A program made the position numbers and the translations under genes. Below are positions 60,551 through 64,000 of a DNA stretch of 64,000 bases, piece by piece. The stretch's first letter is position 1; the number at the start of each line of letters is the position of its first letter. The stretch comes from an uncultured Eubacteriales bacterium. GTDB taxonomy: Bacteria; Bacillota; Clostridia; Lachnospirales; CAG-274. The notes beneath the pieces are model-generated. The model saw only the letters and a program-made list of their open reading frames with translations. It searched no databases and had not been told where the DNA came from. The stretch spans positions 33,753-97,752 of the forward strand of contig CATJCJ010000307.1 in the NCBI GenBank assembly GCA_949738935.1, in the 5' to 3' direction.

Positions 60551-62091
60551 TAATTCTCGACCTCTCTTCCGCATAATTCCATAACATCACGCATAAAAAC
60601 AGTAAACGTAGTCATACTGTCGGTTATGGGTTTAACCGTATTGGTAGCTAATTCCTCTATAATTCTCTGACCTGTATAACGCTTATTTTCGGATTCAGGA
60701 CTCTCATTAAAAACAACCGTGGCCATGTTTTCAAGTTCTCTAAATTTATATCCAGTAAAACCGCATGATACAGTCTCCGGATTATATAAATTTCCATACA
60801 TATCGCTGACGTTAAGCCATTTTACCTTACTGTTTATTTTGTAATCAAATATTCCCGAATCATCACGAATATTTCCTGAATCATTTGGTAGTATAAGCTG
60901 GCTCCAGATCCAAGACAAATATTCCTCACAGTAATCTTTTAAAATCACATTAAAATTATGGCTTTTCAAAAAATTTCTTCCATAAACAGACTCATAATTT
61001 TTAAGCCAGCCAATATTTTTTTTTCTGTTTTCAATCATATCGCTAAGAAGTTTTGTGTACAGACTTGAGAATAAAAAAAACGTTGACATTTTTCTCACTA
61101 TATTAGCGTTTTTAACAACATTATTTAAAGTTTCAGGAATTATATACTCATCAGCCTTTTGTTCAATAACATAAAATTTAGTCCTAAAAGTATCGTTTTT
61201 AGGAGCGACTAAAAAATCAAATAATGTGGCGGCGGCGTAAGTTTCTATATAATGAGGCTTATTTTTCTGCTCTCCCCCGCCCTCAGAATAAGGAACATTC
61301 ATAAAATTCTCCTCATTCTCACCAATAAAATACATAGTCCTGAATATATCGTCAAAACCCTGAGACTCATAAAATGATAAAGCCATTTTCACTTTTGAGT
61401 TAAATGTTCTCCAATTTATATTTAAAGAGGTTTTCTCTCCTTGTTTTCCGACAGGCCTAAAATATGGCATAACCAAAACCGCCCCAATAGGAACATCCTC
61501 TTTAATATTGTTCTTTATAATTCTGGCTATCGTAGGTATTCCCGAAGCTCCCGTCCCGCCGAAAACCGAGCCTACTATAAATATTTTATCTCCATCTCCG
61601 ATATGCTCAAAATATCTTTCCCAAACTTCTGAGAATTTGTGATTCTCACCTAAAATATTTAACGAAGTGAAATAAGAACCTATAGAAGTATGACCATAAA
61701 ATCCCTCGTTGAGTTTTTTGCTGAGTTCCTCTTTTGTATAAAGAAACTCAAGAACATTCTTAGCGTCGTCGTTTAAATTAAAATCCCCGATATGGCCTCT
61801 CATATCGTTATCATTTGAGTCCAAAGGCGACCAGTATAGCCCCCCGTCTTCCTTATAACAGCTCACAAGAGGCAGATCAGTAAGCTTTTGAAGAGCTTTG
61901 TACTTTGAGTATAAACTTCTGAGTCCGTTCATATCCCCGTTATTTCCATCAGAATCTATACACATAACCTTATAATTGTCAAATGATTTAATTCTCTCGT
62001 CATCAAACCCTCCCGAAGCCAAAAGGTGAAACAACGCTCTCATAACTCTTGTTCCGCTTCCTCCTATAGGAAGTATATAACAAGTACTCAT
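60550..62091 (-). CDS. divergent tubulin/FtsZ-superfamily GTPase-like protein (513 aa)
   Basis: T1-loop-like N-terminus 'CYILPIGGSGTRVMRAL'. G-box/T4-like 'KIFIVGSVFGGTGASGIPTIARII' (GGTGASG is encoded at 61540-61560), compared with the tubulin signature GGGTGSG and FtsZ GGGTGTG. A GGAGGGG RBS is present. Confidence 0.75.
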   Translation of the reverse strand: MSTCYILPIGGSGTRVMRALFHLLASGGFDDERIKSFDNYKVMCIDSDGNNGDMNGLRSLYSKYKALQKLTDLPLVSCYKEDGGLYWSPLDSNDNDMRGHIGDFNLNDDAKNVLEFLYTKEELSKKLNEGFYGHTSIGSYFTSLNILGENHKFSEVWERYFEHIGDGDKIFIVGSVFGGTGASGIPTIARIIKNNIKEDVPIGAVLVMPYFRPVGKQGEKTSLNINWRTFNSKVKMALSFYESQGFDDIFRTMYFIGENEENFMNVPYSEGGGEQKNKPHYIETYAAATLFDFLVAPKNDTFRTKFYVIEQKADEYIIPETLNNVVKNANIVRKMSTFFLFSSLYTKLLSDMIENRKKNIGWLKNYESVYGRNFLKSHNFNVILKDYCEEYLSWIWSQLILPNDSGNIRDDSGIFDYKINSKVKWLNVSDMYGNLYNPETVSCGFTGYKFRELENMATVVFNESPESENKRYTGQRIIEELATNTVKPITDSMTTFTVFMRDVMELCGREVEN

Positions 62092-62169
62092 AAAAACCCC
62101 TCCGCATATTTTTATAATATTTACCTTACACTTTAATACGCCGTATCCAAACTTTCAAAAATACAAAAG

Positions 62170-62634
62170 TCAGCGGAAAGGAACAAAGTCCGAACGCCAA
62201 ATTTTCGAGCAAAAAACAGTAGAGAGAATAAACTCCGCTATTTGTTCAACTATAAATAAAACAAAAGAAATAGTCGAACATGAAGTGTCCTCCGGATTAA
62301 CTCTCAAAAATAAAATTGATAAAACGGCGCCTATAATAATCGCTAAAAATAAGTATATAATCCACGCTACGCTTGAACGAAAAAAAGCTCCGCAGTACAT
62401 AGAAAATATCATTATAATAAAATTAAAAACAAACGAGGCAATAGTCCCCCAAAAAAACCAATTAAAAAAAGAATTTCCCCAATCCTGAGGGGTATATAAT
62501 AAATCTTCAGGGTAAGACGCTCCCGAAAAATACAAAGAAATAAGAAACCCTATAAGCAAAAAACATATAGCCGTAATAAGAGAAACAACCAGTCCCGTCA
62601 ATGAACTCGACCAAGGATTTTTTCCTTTACCCAT
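62170..62634 (-). CDS. small integral membrane protein (4 predicted TM)
   Basis: Four hydrophobic helices (LVVSLITAICFLLIGFLISLYF; FFWGTIASFVFNFIIMIFSMY; VAWIIYLFLAIIIGAVLSILFL; ISFVLFIVEQIAEFILSTVF). A GGAGG RBS is present, with an 18-nt gap to the upstream gene. Confidence 0.65.
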   Translation of the reverse strand: MGKGKNPWSSSLTGLVVSLITAICFLLIGFLISLYFSGASYPEDLLYTPQDWGNSFFNWFFWGTIASFVFNFIIMIFSMYCGAFFRSSVAWIIYLFLAIIIGAVLSILFLRVNPEDTSCSTISFVLFIVEQIAEFILSTVFCSKIWRSDFVPFR

Positions 62635-62652
62635 AACAATTCCTCCTAAAAG

Positions 62653-64000
62653 TTATTCCGCGTCACTCGCTTTTCCCACATAAACTGAAAAAGTGTTTTG
62701 AGTAACGTTTCTATTAATTTGATAGCCGTAAATAGAATTAAACAACGTATCTAAATTTGAGATTTTATTCGTTCGGGACCATTCTTTAACCCACTTAGGC
62801 ATATTCTCTTTCGACATAAATTGTTTTACGTTAATATCAAGTTTAAAGAAATTTCCCTCCGATTTAGGAAATTCCGCGGCGTTGTCCATCATAAAATTAA
62901 AAAGCATAGAGTTGTTCTCATCGTCAACTCTCCATTTGCCTTGGTTTTCTCCACCCTCGGCAATCTGTACCTTAATAAAGTCCTCGGCGTTCGCTCCATA
63001 TTCCACCAGCTTGCCGTCTTTCGGAATATACATTTTTGTCTCAAGCTCACAATCTAATGAGCTTAATTTAACCTCGTCAATTATATTAAAAGGCACGTCA
63101 AGCTTAAATTTTCCGGCAAGCGTTTTATCGCCGTCTAAAACAAGCGACTTCATAGCGATATAGCTTATATCGTTTACGGTAATATTTTTCGCTTCCTCTT
63201 TCTTGTTTTCATCGGCATCACTTTTAGGTGGCATAACCTGAACATATCTGTTTGTTACAGACGCTCCGCCTACATCAGCGAAATTAACAGTACCCTCTAT
63301 GTATTTATATAAATCTTTTGAGTAATAATTATCATTTATCTCAGAAAAACTTCCCTCAGTCTCATTCGTGATAGTAAATGACGGAATTTGCTTAACAGTC
63401 CCGTCTTGTGTTTTTTCCTCTTTATATTCGTATAAATAATAAGTTCCATTCTCAATAGGTTTGATATCTTTATAATTAATCCCCATTATGCCGTTATCAT
63501 TAGCGAAAATCTGATAATTAATATTTCTGACTATATCTAACTGAAGTCCACCATCCGCCTGACCTCCCTCAGAATTTTCATAAGCCGCGACATTAGGATT
63601 CTGCTTAAAATTAGATATAAATTCCGACGTTTTTTTATTAGAGCCGACAACTACTATAAAAAAAGGCCTTACCTCGGTATCGACCCCAATAATGGCTACC
63701 GCTTGATTTTTAGCTAAAACACCGGTAATAGCTGAAACCATAGAAGTGTAATCGCCAAGCTGCGTTGTAAAATCCGTGACAATAACACTAAACTCATTTT
63801 CCTTTGTATTTTCTAAAACATCTTTAACAATACTATTCGATTTTCCAGAATAACTTTTCTCATTAATTATTTTTTTTACAAAAAAATCTCCGTCAAGCTT
63901 TTCTACTTCATCCTTCACCGAATGTATCTCAAAATTTAATGAATCGTTTGTACTAAGTTCATTCGCCGTACTATACGCGGCATATACAATATTTTTAAAA
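62653..64000 (-). CDS. large uncharacterised protein, 5'-truncated by the window edge (at least 449 aa visible)
   Basis: The minus-strand frame stays open from the GTG listed at 63918 up to position 63999 (...FKNIVYAAYSTANELSTNDSLNFEIHSVKDEVEK...), so the real start lies outside the window. The visible N-proximal part (SGKSNSIVKDVLENTKENEFSVIVTDFTTQLGDYTSM...VAIIGVD) is weakly vWA-like. The rest looks beta-rich. Confidence 0.7.
   Translation of the reverse strand, partial: FKNIVYAAYSTANELSTNDSLNFEIHSVKDEVEKLDGDFFVKKIINEKSYSGKSNSIVKDVLENTKENEFSVIVTDFTTQLGDYTSMVSAITGVLAKNQAVAIIGVDTEVRPFFIVVVGSNKKTSEFISNFKQNPNVAAYENSEGGQADGGLQLDIVRNINYQIFANDNGIMGINYKDIKPIENGTYYLYEYKEEKTQDGTVKQIPSFTITNETEGSFSEINDNYYSKDLYKYIEGTVNFADVGGASVTNRYVQVMPPKSDADENKKEEAKNITVNDISYIAMKSLVLDGDKTLAGKFKLDVPFNIIDEVKLSSLDCELETKMYIPKDGKLVEYGANAEDFIKVQIAEGGENQGKWRVDDENNSMLFNFMMDNAAEFPKSEGNFFKLDINVKQFMSKENMPKWVKEWSRTNKISNLDTLFNSIYGYQINRNVTQNTFSVYVGKASDAE

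Noticed and set aside
56945-62091. Interpreting the GTPase/ATPase pair as ftsZ/ftsA, or as a dnaK chaperone locus.
   Set aside because: The order (tubulin-like gene first), the sizes (513 and ~1200 aa), the absence of dcw genes or grpE/dnaJ, and the strong divergence of the motifs all argue against the housekeeping paralogues.
1-64000. CRISPR arrays, tRNA/rRNA genes, transposases, integrases and prophage modules.
   Set aside because: The repeats present are palindromic and irregularly dispersed, not direct repeats with uniform spacers. I saw no cloverleaf-like or rRNA-like segments and no ORF with DDE, serine- or tyrosine-recombinase motifs. This was a visual search, so tRNAscan, Infernal and ISfinder should confirm it.

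Overview
This is a low-GC, Firmicutes/Clostridia-like chromosomal segment, and almost all of it is coding. Recognisable housekeeping content: a thiE fragment plus a HAD hydrolase; an orphan trpD; a PBP5-type D-Ala-D-Ala carboxypeptidase; rluB; a minus-strand riboflavin operon (ribD-ribE-ribBA-[secreted SGNH esterase]-ribH) behind an FMN riboswitch; a MATE exporter; an alanine/cation symporter; proC; an isolated rpoB-rpoC pair; a CIRCE-controlled hsp20; an archaeal-type proS; and a Cache/HAMP chemoreceptor. Envelope content: two tandem giant (1614 and 1427 aa) Fn3-rich surface proteins; a cell-wall polysaccharide cluster (two glycosyltransferases, a DUF4330-like protein, an O-antigen-ligase-like protein, csaB, a tagA-family gene); and five paralogous copper-amine-oxidase-N-domain proteins or lipoproteins. 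Intergenic regions carry at least four families of short palindromic MITE/REP-like repeats whose hairpin stems covary between copies. A DnaA-box cluster sits at about 53.99-54.26 kb with no dnaA nearby. The most unusual region is the 3' end (55.0 kb to beyond 64.0 kb, minus strand). It is a tightly coupled operon encoding a partial large protein, a 4-TM protein, a divergent tubulin/FtsZ-superfamily GTPase (GGTGASG G-box), and a ~1200-aa protein whose C-terminal half carries actin/Hsp70-fold ATPase phosphate motifs. These are followed by two coiled-coil proteins that share a C-terminal domain. I do not recognise this gene combination as any described system. I saw no rRNA, tRNA, CRISPR array, transposase or integrase. 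All calls come from reading the sequence and the ORF track; no database search was run.
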